A stretch of 64,000 bases of DNA from Candidatus Eiseniibacteriota bacterium (lineage in GTDB: Bacteria > Eisenbacteria > RBG-16-71-46 > JABDJR01): contig CAWANH010000028.1 in the NCBI GenBank assembly GCA_963783375.1, positions 576,001 through 640,000 on the forward strand, in the 5' to 3' direction. A program made the position numbers and the translations under genes. Below, piece after piece: positions 1-9,100 of this stretch. Positions within the stretch are counted from its first letter, which is position 1. Each line of letters opens with the position of its first letter. Under the pieces are notes generated by a model, which saw nothing but the letters and a program-made list of their open reading frames with translations, did no database searches and had not been told where the DNA came from.

Positions 1-870
1 GAACTGCACGAGCGCGGGATCGCGCTCTCCGCCCTCTATCCGGCCACCCAGGCCCTCTACCGGAAGGCGGGCTACGAACAGGCGGGGGCGCGGTTCGGGC
101 TGGAGATGGATCCCCGTCGGATTCACATCACCGACCGCTCGCTCCCCATGCGCCCCATGACCCCGGAAGATCGGGACGCGGTGCATGCGGCCCAATGCGA
201 GTATGGACGGCAGTTCAACGGGCACCTGGACCGGGGCGACTACATATGGAGGCGCCTGGAGGTACCCACCGAGCGCCCACTCAAGGGGTACGTGGTGGAA
301 GAGGCGGGTTCGATCGCCGGCTACCTCTTCCTCGGGCGGGAGAAGCTCCCATCCGGCTACAAGCTACACGTTGCCGATCAGGCCGCGATCACGCCCGGGG
401 CGGGGCGTCGACTCCTCTGCTTCCTCAACGACCAGCGATCCCTGGCCCGCTCGGTCCGGATGTCCAGCGGTCCCGGGGACCCGCTCCTCGCCCTTCTCTC
501 CGAGCAGCCCTACCAGCTCACCCTGGACGACTTCTGGCTCCTCCGGGTCGTCCACGTGCCCGCGGCGCTCGAAGCCCGGGGTTATGCGGAAGCGGTCCGG
601 GGCGAGCTTCACATCGAGGTGCGGGACGAGGGACTTCCCGGAAACGCGGGGCGCTGGGTCCTCACGGTGGATGGCGGAGAGGGGCGTGTCCGCTCCGGGG
701 GGGAGGGGCGTCTGCGCATGGACGTGCGGGGGCTGGCCTCCATCTATTCCGGCTATTTCTCCCCCGAGGGCGCGGCGGCGGCCGGGCTCCTGGAAGGGGA
801 CCCCGGGGACCTCCGCCGGGCGGCGGGGTTCTTCGCCGGCCCCGCCCCCTGGATGCCGGACATGTTCTAG
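1..870 (+). CDS. Eis-like GNAT acetyltransferase with C-terminal SCP2-like domain (5' truncated by window)
   Basis: Frame open from base 1 (LSALYPATQALYRKAGYE, GNAT motif). C-terminal 'LRVVHVPAALEARGY...LRMDVRGLASIYSGY...WMPDMF' is typical of the Eis family. Confidence 0.85.
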   Translation, partial: ELHERGIALSALYPATQALYRKAGYEQAGARFGLEMDPRRIHITDRSLPMRPMTPEDRDAVHAAQCEYGRQFNGHLDRGDYIWRRLEVPTERPLKGYVVEEAGSIAGYLFLGREKLPSGYKLHVADQAAITPGAGRRLLCFLNDQRSLARSVRMSSGPGDPLLALLSEQPYQLTLDDFWLLRVVHVPAALEARGYAEAVRGELHIEVRDEGLPGNAGRWVLTVDGGEGRVRSGGEGRLRMDVRGLASIYSGYFSPEGAAAAGLLEGDPGDLRRAAGFFAGPAPWMPDMF

Positions 871-916
871 AAGCGGCCCCGAACCTCCCCGGGGGGGGAT
901 CGGGGCCGGACGGCGC

Positions 917-945
917 TTGACACGGGCCTTCGGCCGGCGCATAGT
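917..945 (+). promoter_or_regulatory. sigma70-type promoter TTGACA-17bp-CATAGT for the glucan uptake operon
   Basis: Perfect -35 at 917-922 and a -10-like hexamer at 940-945, about 100 bp upstream of the ATG at 1043. Confidence 0.65.
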
Positions 946-965
946 TTGCACGGACACCGAACAAA
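945..965. promoter_or_regulatory. Putative ROK repressor operator 1 (TTTGCACGG-ACA-CCGAACAAA)
   Basis: 21-bp imperfect palindrome overlapping -10/+1; related copies at 14722 and 23399. Confidence 0.7.
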
Positions 966-1042
966 GGTCCGATCCACCTTGCGGCTTCACGACTTCCGGC
1001 CCTGTGGCCACAGATCGAGCCGACGCCATTCGGAGGCAGGGA

Positions 1043-2410
1043 ATGAGTCCCAGAAACCCGATTCTCCTCACCGCGACCCTGGCCCTGGCCGCCCTCACCA
1101 TCCTGGGCTGTGAACGGGACACCTCCGGCCTGAAACCGGTCCCGCCGGACACCGACCCGGTGGTCTTCGGGGACGCCTTCGGAAGCGGGGTCGACTTCCA
1201 GGCTTTCCTGGGCTCGAAGGTGGACGCGGTGTCCATCGACGGGGTGGAGAAGTACGAAGGCTCGGCATCGCTCAAGGTCACGGTGCCGGCTCCGGGGGCG
1301 GAGGCCGGCGGCTACGCGGGGGGCGCCTTCACCGCCGCCTACGCCCGGGACCTCTCCGGATACGACGCCCTCACCTTCTGGGCCAAGGCGAGCAAGTCCC
1401 TCACCCTCGACGTGGCCGGCCTCGGCAACGACAACACCGGCACCTCGAAGTACGAGGCGAGCCGGAGCGGGATCCACCTGGGCACCACATGGTCCCGGGT
1501 CATCATCCCCATTCCCCTCCCCGAGAAGCTGGACTACGAGCGCGGGCTCTTCTATTTCGCCGAGGGGCCCGAGGGGACCGCCGGCTCCACCGTGTGGTTC
1601 GACGCGGTGCGTTTCGAGAAGACCGGGCTCGTCTCCGACCCGCGGCCGGGCATCGCCCCCAAGATCGTGGGCGCTTTCGTGGGGGCCACGGTGACCCCGA
1701 GCGGAACCCGGACCACCTTCCTGGTGGATGGGACCGACCAGACCGTCGATCACTCCCCCGGGTACTTCACGTTCAGTTCCTCGAACGACACCGTGGCCAA
1801 GGTCATCGATGGAGTCATCCGGGCGGTGGGAACCGGGACCGCGGTCATCACCGGACGGCTGGGAACGGTGGAGGCGGGAGGGGCGGTCACCGTGCTCGTG
1901 ACCGCGGCCCCCACCACGCCCGCCCCGACCCCGACCCTCCCCGCCGGCGACGTCATCTCGCTCTTCAGCGACGCCTACACCGACGTCCCGGTGGACACCT
2001 GGTCGGCTCCCTGGGACCAGGCCGACGTGAGCGACTTCAGCATCTCGGGAAACCCGGTCAAGGCCTACACGAACCTGACCTACTGCGGGATCGAGTTCAC
2101 CTCCCAAACCATCGACGCCTCCGCGATGACCCACATCCACCTGGATGTCTGGATGCCCCAGGGGACGTCGTTCAAGGTCAAGCTGGTCGACTTCGGGGCG
2201 GACGGGGTCTACTCCGGCGGAGACGACCAGCAGCAGGAGCTCACGTTCAACGCCGGATCCTCCCCACCGCTTTCAATCGGGGTCTGGTCCGGCCTCGACA
2301 TCCCCTTGGCCGCCTACACCGCGCTCACCAGCCGGGGGCACCTGGCCCAGCTGATCCTCTCCAGCGATTCCAAGACGGTGTACGTGGACAACGTCTACCT
2401 CCACCGCTAG
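1043..2410 (+). CDS. Glycan-binding lipoprotein (CBM-like + Ig-like Big_2 + CBM-like)
   Basis: RBS GGAGG; lipobox 'LTILG-C'; 'DLSGYDALTFWAK' CBM-like motif; 'FSSSNDTVAKV' Ig-like domain; 'PTTPAPTPT..DVISLFSDAYT' module resembling glucan-binding proteins of laminarin loci. Confidence 0.75.
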   Translation: MSPRNPILLTATLALAALTILGCERDTSGLKPVPPDTDPVVFGDAFGSGVDFQAFLGSKVDAVSIDGVEKYEGSASLKVTVPAPGAEAGGYAGGAFTAAYARDLSGYDALTFWAKASKSLTLDVAGLGNDNTGTSKYEASRSGIHLGTTWSRVIIPIPLPEKLDYERGLFYFAEGPEGTAGSTVWFDAVRFEKTGLVSDPRPGIAPKIVGAFVGATVTPSGTRTTFLVDGTDQTVDHSPGYFTFSSSNDTVAKVIDGVIRAVGTGTAVITGRLGTVEAGGAVTVLVTAAPTTPAPTPTLPAGDVISLFSDAYTDVPVDTWSAPWDQADVSDFSISGNPVKAYTNLTYCGIEFTSQTIDASAMTHIHLDVWMPQGTSFKVKLVDFGADGVYSGGDDQQQELTFNAGSSPPLSIGVWSGLDIPLAAYTALTSRGHLAQLILSSDSKTVYVDNVYLHR

Positions 2411-2454
2411 AGTGCCGGAGCTGTCCGAGGTCGAATGGTCGGGAGCCGTACTCG

Positions 2455-3708
2455 ATGAAGAAACAGATCACCGGGAAGCAGGGCATCAGGCACGCCGCCG
2501 CTCAACGGCCGCGCCCGCTGGCCGATTCCATCCTGAGGCTCATCTGGCGCCAGCGCCGGATCTCCCGCGCCGAGATCGCCCGCCGCAAGCGCCTCTCCCG
2601 CTCCACCGTCTCGGAGATCGTGGGGACCCTGCTCCCCACCGGCCTCGTCGATGAGATAGGGGCCGGCCCCTCCGGAGGCGGACGGCCGCCCATCGTGCTC
2701 GAGTTCCAGGACGACGCCTGCGTCATCCTCGGGGTGGAGATGGGGGCGGCTCACGTGATGGCCGTCCTCACCGATCTTCGCGGGCGGGTGCTGGAGTGCA
2801 AGGAGCGACCCCATCCGGTTCGGAGCGACCCCGAGGGAACGCGGGCGCTCATCGTCGAGCTCTGCGATGCCTGCCTGAGCGCGCGGCCGGGCACGGCCGG
2901 CCGGCTGGTGGGAATCGGGATCGCGGCGCCGAGCCCGGTCGACCCCGGCCGTCCCGACCACCTCTCCGAGATCGTGCTCCCCGACTGGCATGGTGAGAGC
3001 GGATTCACCGAACTCCTGGCCCGGTACGGGGTTCCGATCCTGATGGACAACGACGCCAACCTGGGCGCCCTGGCCGAGGGCTGGTGGGGGGCGGGAAGCG
3101 GGGCGGACGACTTCGCCTACGTCAAGATCGCCACCGGCGTCGGCTCCGGCCACGTCATCGGGGGCCGGATCTACCGGGGGGCCACCGGGGTGGCCGGCGA
3201 GATCGGGCACATGGCCATCGATCCCCACGGCGGACCCTGCATCTGCGGCCTCCGGGGATGTCTGGCCACCCTGGTCGGCGCCCCCGCCCTGGTGGCGCGT
3301 GCCCGCTCGCTGCTCGCCGAATACCCGGAGAGCATGCTTGCCGGCACCGGGGTCACCCTCGACACCATCGTGGCCACGGCCCTCAGCGGCGATCCGCTGG
3401 CGCTCCGATTGGTGCAGGAAACCGCGGAGTACCTCGGGATCGCGGTGGCCGGCCTCCTCAACCTCATGAACCCGTCCATGGTGATCTTCGGGGGAGAAGT
3501 GGCGAGGCTGGGGGAGCTCCTCCTGGAGCCCCTCCGCGAGACCATCCGCCGGCGCACCCTGGTCAGCTCGGTCGCCGCCGCCGAGGTGCGCATGAGCGCG
3601 CTCGGCCAGCAGGCCATCGCCATCGGCGCCGCCACCCTGGTTCTCGATGCGGCGCTGGCCGACCCGGGCCTCTTCCCGACCGCGGTCCCCCGCCGGGAGG
3701 CCGGATGA
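2455..3708 (+). CDS. ROK-family transcriptional repressor (XylR/NagC-like)
   Basis: N-terminal HTH 'ISRAEIARRKRLSRSTVSEIV', GGRPP, 'DNDANLGALAE', 'GEIGH...CICGLRGCL' zinc motif. Confidence 0.92.
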   Translation: MKKQITGKQGIRHAAAQRPRPLADSILRLIWRQRRISRAEIARRKRLSRSTVSEIVGTLLPTGLVDEIGAGPSGGGRPPIVLEFQDDACVILGVEMGAAHVMAVLTDLRGRVLECKERPHPVRSDPEGTRALIVELCDACLSARPGTAGRLVGIGIAAPSPVDPGRPDHLSEIVLPDWHGESGFTELLARYGVPILMDNDANLGALAEGWWGAGSGADDFAYVKIATGVGSGHVIGGRIYRGATGVAGEIGHMAIDPHGGPCICGLRGCLATLVGAPALVARARSLLAEYPESMLAGTGVTLDTIVATALSGDPLALRLVQETAEYLGIAVAGLLNLMNPSMVIFGGEVARLGELLLEPLRETIRRRTLVSSVAAAEVRMSALGQQAIAIGAATLVLDAALADPGLFPTAVPRREAG

Positions 3709-4532
3709 GACCCCGGTTCCTACCCCGGTACTTCCGCGTCGAGATGGTGGTGGTGCTCCTCGCCTTCGCCGCCGGAGGCGCGAGCTGTGGGGAGAAGTCC
3801 GGCGGGTGGACCCTGATGTGGGAGGATGAGTTCGACGGTCCCGCGGGCCAGCCCCCGGATTCCTCGGCCTGGCGATACGACGTGGGCACGGACTGGGGCA
3901 ACGACCAGCTCGAGTACGATACCGCCCGGCCCGAGAACGTGTCGCTCGACGGCGACGGGCACCTGGCCATCGTCGCCCGCAAGGAACCCTACAACGGCGC
4001 CGACTACACCTCCGGGCGCATCAACACCTCGGGGTTCTTCGCCCAGGCGGAAGGGCGATTCGAGGCCCGGATCCGCCTCCCGCGGGGCCGGGGGCTCTGG
4101 CCCGCCTTCTGGCTCCTGGGAAATGACATCGGGACCGTCGGCTGGCCGGAGTGCGGCGAGATCGACATCATGGAGTATCGCGGGCAGGAGCCGGCGATCG
4201 TCCACGGAAGTCTCCACGGCCCCGGCTACTCCGGCGGGAGCGCCCTGACCTCCCGTTACACCCTGAGCGGCGAGACCTTCGACGCCGATTTCCACGTGTT
4301 CACGATCCAGTGGGAGCGGGACCGCATCAGCTGGTACGTGGACGGCGTGATCTACAAGGTCGTGGTCCCCAAGAACGTGCCGTCCGGGGGAAGCTGGGTG
4401 TTCGACCACCCCTTCTTCATCATCCTGGATCTCGCGGTCGGGGGGAACTTCGTGGGCCCCCCCGACGCCACCACCGTCTTCCCCCAGACCATGCTGGTCG
4501 ACTGGGTCCGGGTCTACCGGAGCGAGTCATGA
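3705..4532 (+). CDS. GH16 endo-beta-1,3-glucanase (laminarinase), probable lipoprotein
   Basis: 'LWPAFWLLG' and catalytic 'EIDIME'; 'WEDEFDG'; signal peptide ending 'GASC'; ATGA overlap with the ROK stop. Confidence 0.9.
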   Translation: MRPRFLPRYFRVEMVVVLLAFAAGGASCGEKSGGWTLMWEDEFDGPAGQPPDSSAWRYDVGTDWGNDQLEYDTARPENVSLDGDGHLAIVARKEPYNGADYTSGRINTSGFFAQAEGRFEARIRLPRGRGLWPAFWLLGNDIGTVGWPECGEIDIMEYRGQEPAIVHGSLHGPGYSGGSALTSRYTLSGETFDADFHVFTIQWERDRISWYVDGVIYKVVVPKNVPSGGSWVFDHPFFIILDLAVGGNFVGPPDATTVFPQTMLVDWVRVYRSES

Positions 4533-6202
4533 GCCGGCGCGCGCGAATCCCCGGAGTCGCGCGCATGGCCGTCATCCTTTCGGCCCTGGCCCTGTCCGCG
4601 TGCGTTCGCGACGTTCCTCGGGCGCCGGAGGGCGTGCTCGTCGTTTCCCAGGAGCAGCAGGCCTCCTGGGTCCGGAACTTCAACCCCCTCACCACCGCCA
4701 CCGCCGCCCGCTGGCCCACCCTGGCCGGGATCTACGAGCCGCTCCTCGTCTTCGACAGCGTCCGATCCGAGTACGTCCCTTGGTTGGCGGTGAAGACCGC
4801 GTGGCGGGACGGCAACACGGTGCTCCGGGTGACCACCCGGAACGGGGTGCGGTGGTCGGACGGCCAACCCTTCACCGCAAGGGATGTGGCCTTCACCTTC
4901 GATCTCCTCCGGCGGTTCCCGGCCCTGGATCGCCGCGGGGTGTGGGGGTTCATGGACGCGGTCGACGCCCCGAACGACAGCACCGTGGACTTCCGCTTCC
5001 AGCGGGTGTTCATCCCGGGCTTCGACGAGATCGCCGCTCAGCAGATCGTCCCCGAGCACGCCTGGAAAGACGTGGCCGACCCGGTCTCCTTCGCCAATGA
5101 GAACCCGGTGGCTACCGGCCCCTTCACCGAGGTCCGCGTCTTCCGGAACCAGGTCTACGAGCTGGGACGGAACCCCCACTACTGGAAGCCCGGCCTACCG
5201 AAGGTCGAAGCCCTCCGATTCCCCGCCTATCCCTCCAACGACCGCGCCAACCTCGCGCTGGTTTTCGACGAGGTGGACTGGGCGGGAAACTTCATCCCGG
5301 CGGTGGATCGCGTGTTCGTCGGACGCGATCCCGCGAACCACCACTACTGGTTCCCCCTCACCGGGAGCACGATCTTCCTCTACGCCAACACCACCCGCCA
5401 CCCCTTCGACGACGCGCGGGTGCGGAAGGCGCTCAGCATGGCCATCGATCGCGATCTCCTGGTGGACGTGGCCCTCTACCGCTATTCCCGTCCCGCCGAC
5501 GCCACCGGCCTGAGCGACGCCTACGGCTCGTGGCGGGACTCCACCGCGGTGACCGAGGGCGATTGGGTCCACCACGATGTCGCCCGCGCCAACGCCCTGC
5601 TCGACGAGGCCGGCTACCCCCTGGGAGCCGACGGCATCCGGCGACTTCCCGACGGATCGCCGTGGCGATACGACGTCCTCACCGTATCGGGCTGGTCCGA
5701 TTGGGTGCGGGCGTCCCAGGTGATCGCCCGGGGGCTCGGCGACGTCGGGATCGAGGCCTCGGTCAAGACCTACGACTTCAGCGCCTGGTTCCAGCGGGTC
5801 CAGGAGGGAGACTTCGATCTCAGCCTGGGTTGGTCCTTCGAGGGCCCCACCCCCTACCAGTTCTATCGGTGGCTGATGTCGTCGGAGACGGTGAAGCCCC
5901 AGGGGGAGGCCTCGATGGGGAACTGGCACCGGTACGGGAGCGCCGCCGCGGACACCGCCCTGGCTGCGTTCGAGCGCGAGGCCGACCCGGCCGGCCAGCG
6001 CCGCCTGGGGGACAAGCTCCAGCGGATCTTCGTGGACCAGGCCCCGGCCATCCCCCTCTATCCGAACCCCTCCTGGGCGGAGTACAACACGAGCCGGTTC
6101 GAGGGTTTCCCGTCGGAGTCGAATCCCTACGCGGATCCCTCGCCCAACAAGTTCGACCGCGGGGAGACCCTCCTCGTGCTGACGACCCTCACCCCCAGAT
6201 AG
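4529..6202 (+). CDS. ABC transporter substrate-binding lipoprotein, family 5 (oligosaccharide-binding Opp/Dpp type)
   Basis: Lipobox 'LALSA-C'; 'NFNPL', 'WSDGQPFTARDVAFTF', 'PVATGPF', 'GWSDW' as in cello/laminari-oligosaccharide SBPs. Confidence 0.9.
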   Translation: MSRRARIPGVARMAVILSALALSACVRDVPRAPEGVLVVSQEQQASWVRNFNPLTTATAARWPTLAGIYEPLLVFDSVRSEYVPWLAVKTAWRDGNTVLRVTTRNGVRWSDGQPFTARDVAFTFDLLRRFPALDRRGVWGFMDAVDAPNDSTVDFRFQRVFIPGFDEIAAQQIVPEHAWKDVADPVSFANENPVATGPFTEVRVFRNQVYELGRNPHYWKPGLPKVEALRFPAYPSNDRANLALVFDEVDWAGNFIPAVDRVFVGRDPANHHYWFPLTGSTIFLYANTTRHPFDDARVRKALSMAIDRDLLVDVALYRYSRPADATGLSDAYGSWRDSTAVTEGDWVHHDVARANALLDEAGYPLGADGIRRLPDGSPWRYDVLTVSGWSDWVRASQVIARGLGDVGIEASVKTYDFSAWFQRVQEGDFDLSLGWSFEGPTPYQFYRWLMSSETVKPQGEASMGNWHRYGSAAADTALAAFEREADPAGQRRLGDKLQRIFVDQAPAIPLYPNPSWAEYNTSRFEGFPSESNPYADPSPNKFDRGETLLVLTTLTPR

Positions 6203-6211
6203 GAGACGGGC

Positions 6212-7195
6212 ATGCGCTACATCCTGCGTCGACTCGGCTTCTATCTCCTGGCCGCCTGGGCCGCGGTGACCCTCAACTTCTTCCTGCCCCGGCTCATGCC
6301 CGGCGACCCGGCCACCGCGCTCTTCGCCCGGTTTCGGGGCCGCATGAGCCCGGAGGCCCTCGAGGCCCTCCGCCAGACCTTCGGACTCACCCGGGCCCCG
6401 CTCCTCGAGCAGTACGCCACCTACCTGGCCCACGTGTTCCGCGGCGACTTCGGCGTCTCGGTGGCGTACTTCCCTTCCCCGGTCTCCGACGTGATCGGGA
6501 CGGGGCTCGTCTGGACCCTCTTCCTGGCCGGGACCGCGGTGCTGATCAGCTTCTGCATCGGCACCCTGCTCGGGGTGGTGTCGGCCTGGTGGCGCCACGG
6601 CTGGCTCGACGCCTGGCTTCCCACCAGCCTGGCCTTCCTGGGCGCCTTCCCCTACTTCTGGCTGGCCATGGTGGCGCTCTATGTTCTCGGGTTCACCCTG
6701 GGCTGGTTTCCGCTGGGCCACGCCTACGGGGACGATCTCACCCCCGCCTTCTCCGCCGTCTTCATCGCCGATGTCGTCCGCCACGCCGCCCTCCCGGTGG
6801 CCACGGTGGTGCTGGCCACCCTTGCCGGGTGGCTCCTCTCCATGCGAAACACCATGATCGCGGTCCTGGGATCGGACTACGTGAACCTGGCCCGGGCCAA
6901 GGGGCTTCGGCCGGCGCGGGTGGTCCTCCGCTATTCGGCCCGGAACGCTCTCCTCCCCAGCGTGACCGGCTTCGGCATGGCCCTGGGATTCGTCCTGGGC
7001 GGTTCGCTCCTGACCGAGATCGTCTTCTCCTACCCCGGGGAGGGCTACCTCCTGGTCCAGGCGGTCCGGAACCAGGACTATCCGCTCATGCAGGGGATCT
7101 TCCTGTTCATCACCCTCGCCGTGCTCGGCGCGAACTGGCTGGTGGACCTCGTCTACCTCTGGCTCGACCCGCGCACCCGGGACTCGGCGTCATGA
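6212..7195 (+). CDS. ABC transporter permease (OppB/DppB-like)
   Basis: 'NFFLPRLMPGDP', EAA-like 'DYVNLARAKGL', 'EIVFSYPG'; multiple TM segments. Confidence 0.92.
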   Translation: MRYILRRLGFYLLAAWAAVTLNFFLPRLMPGDPATALFARFRGRMSPEALEALRQTFGLTRAPLLEQYATYLAHVFRGDFGVSVAYFPSPVSDVIGTGLVWTLFLAGTAVLISFCIGTLLGVVSAWWRHGWLDAWLPTSLAFLGAFPYFWLAMVALYVLGFTLGWFPLGHAYGDDLTPAFSAVFIADVVRHAALPVATVVLATLAGWLLSMRNTMIAVLGSDYVNLARAKGLRPARVVLRYSARNALLPSVTGFGMALGFVLGGSLLTEIVFSYPGEGYLLVQAVRNQDYPLMQGIFLFITLAVLGANWLVDLVYLWLDPRTRDSAS

Positions 7196-8130
7196 GCGGG
7201 GCGGCTTCCTCCCGGGCCTCCGGCTTCGCGGTCTGGAGGGACGCGGTCCTCCGCGATCGCAAGGCCACCGTGGGGGCGGTCATCGTCGGCGTGTTCCTCC
7301 TGATCGGCGTGGTAGGGCCGTGGGTGGTCGGTGATCCCAACGCCCTGGTGGGCATCCCCCTCCAACCGCCTTCGGTCCAGCACTGGCTGGGAACCACCGG
7401 CCAGGGCCAGGACGTCCTGGCCCAGCTGGTGGTCGGGACCCGAACCTCCCTCGCCGTCGGGTTCGGGGTCGGTCTGACCGTGGTGCTGGTGGGGGCCCTG
7501 GTGGGGGTCACCGCCGGCTATCTCGGCGGTCGCGCCGACGGCCTCCTCTCCCTCCTCTTCAACGTCTTTCTGGTCATCCCCGGACTCCCCCTGGCCATCG
7601 TGATCGCGGCCTACCTGCCGTCCGGTCCGCTCACCCTGGGGTTCGTGCTGGTGGTCACGGGATGGGCCTGGAACGCCCGCGTGCTCCGCGCCCAGACTCT
7701 GGCCCAGAGACGGCGCGACTTCGTGGCCGCGGCGGTGGTGGCCGGGGAGACCAACTTCCGCATCGTCACCCGTGAGATCCTCCCCACCATGACCTCGCTC
7801 CTGGTGGCGCAGGTGATCGGCAGCACGGTCTACGCGATCGGAGCCCAGGTGGGGCTCGAGTTCCTGGGGCTGGGGGACGTCTCCGCCGTGACCTGGGGCA
7901 CCAACCTCTACTGGGCCCAGAACGACTCCGCGCTCCTCACCGGGGCGTGGTGGACCTTCGCTCCCACCGGCCTCGCGGTGGCCCTGGTGGGGTTCGGGCT
8001 GACCATGCTCAACTTCGGCTTCGACGAGATCACCAACCCCCGGCTCCAGATGGAACGGGCGTGGCGCGCCTACCTGGCGCGCCGCGGCCGGAAGCCCACC
8101 CGCTCGACTCCGGTGGTGGACCATGGCTGA
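7192..8130 (+). CDS. ABC transporter permease (OppC/DppC-like)
   Basis: 'HWLGTTGQGQDV', 'LEFLGLG', 'WWTFAPTG'; ATGA overlap with the upstream permease. Confidence 0.9.
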   Translation: MSGAASSRASGFAVWRDAVLRDRKATVGAVIVGVFLLIGVVGPWVVGDPNALVGIPLQPPSVQHWLGTTGQGQDVLAQLVVGTRTSLAVGFGVGLTVVLVGALVGVTAGYLGGRADGLLSLLFNVFLVIPGLPLAIVIAAYLPSGPLTLGFVLVVTGWAWNARVLRAQTLAQRRRDFVAAAVVAGETNFRIVTREILPTMTSLLVAQVIGSTVYAIGAQVGLEFLGLGDVSAVTWGTNLYWAQNDSALLTGAWWTFAPTGLAVALVGFGLTMLNFGFDEITNPRLQMERAWRAYLARRGRKPTRSTPVVDHG

Positions 8131-9082
8131 TCCGCTGCTTTCGATCCGGGACTTCTCCGTCGACTACATCACCGACGCCGGACCGGTGCGCGCGGTGGAC
8201 CGGGTGTCGCTGGAGGTGGGGCGCGGGGAGATCCTCGGGATCGCCGGGGAGTCGGGGAGCGGCAAGTCGACCCTGGCCCAGGCGCTGCTCCGCATCCTGC
8301 CCCCGCCTGCGGTCATCTCCGGCGGGGAGGTGCGGTTCGATGGGCGGGACGTCCTGACCCTCACCGAGAGCGAACTCAGGGAACTGCGCTGGAAACGGAT
8401 CTCCATGGTGTTCCAGAGCGCCATGGATTCCCTCAACCCCGTCATCACCGTGGGCGAGCAGATCGAGGACACCCTGTTCGCCCACGGGGTCACCTCACAC
8501 CGCGAGGCCCGGGACCGGGCGGAGACGCTCCTCGAGATGGTGGGGATTCCCGGCGACCGCCTAGGGTCCTACGCGCACCAGCTCTCGGGGGGTATGCGGC
8601 AGCGGGTGGGAATCGCCATCGCCCTGGCCCTCGAACCCGACCTGGTCATCCTGGACGAGCCGACCACCGCCCTCGACGTGATCGTGGAGCGGGAGATCCT
8701 CCAGCGGATCCGCACCCTGCAACGGGAGCTGGGCTTCGCGGTGCTCTTCATCACCCACGATCTGGGGCGCATGCTGCAGTTCTCGAACCGGGTGGCGGTC
8801 TTCTACGCCGCCCGGCTGGTGGAAACCGGCCCGGCCGCGGCGCTCACCCGGACTCCGCGGCATCCCTACACCCAGGGACTCCTCCGGGCGTTCCCCTCGG
8901 CGCACGGGGCGGCCCGGGAGCTGGCCAGCATCCCCGGCTCGCCTCCGAGCCTCCTGGACCCGCCTCCGGGCTGCCGGTTCCACCCCCGCTGTCCGTTGGC
9001 GGTGGACCGCTGCCGCGTCGAGGAGCCGGAGCTCCGGCCGCTCGGCGCGGACCAGTCCGCCGCCTGTCACCTGGCCGAATAG
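8123..9082 (+). CDS. ABC transporter ATP-binding subunit (OppD-like)
   Basis: Walker A GESGSGKS, LSGGMRQR, Walker B ILDEPT, C-terminal 'GCRFHPRCP...C...ACH'. Confidence 0.95.
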   Translation: MADPLLSIRDFSVDYITDAGPVRAVDRVSLEVGRGEILGIAGESGSGKSTLAQALLRILPPPAVISGGEVRFDGRDVLTLTESELRELRWKRISMVFQSAMDSLNPVITVGEQIEDTLFAHGVTSHREARDRAETLLEMVGIPGDRLGSYAHQLSGGMRQRVGIAIALALEPDLVILDEPTTALDVIVEREILQRIRTLQRELGFAVLFITHDLGRMLQFSNRVAVFYAARLVETGPAAALTRTPRHPYTQGLLRAFPSAHGAARELASIPGSPPSLLDPPPGCRFHPRCPLAVDRCRVEEPELRPLGADQSAACHLAE

Positions 9083-9100
9083 GCCCCACCCTTCCCGGCC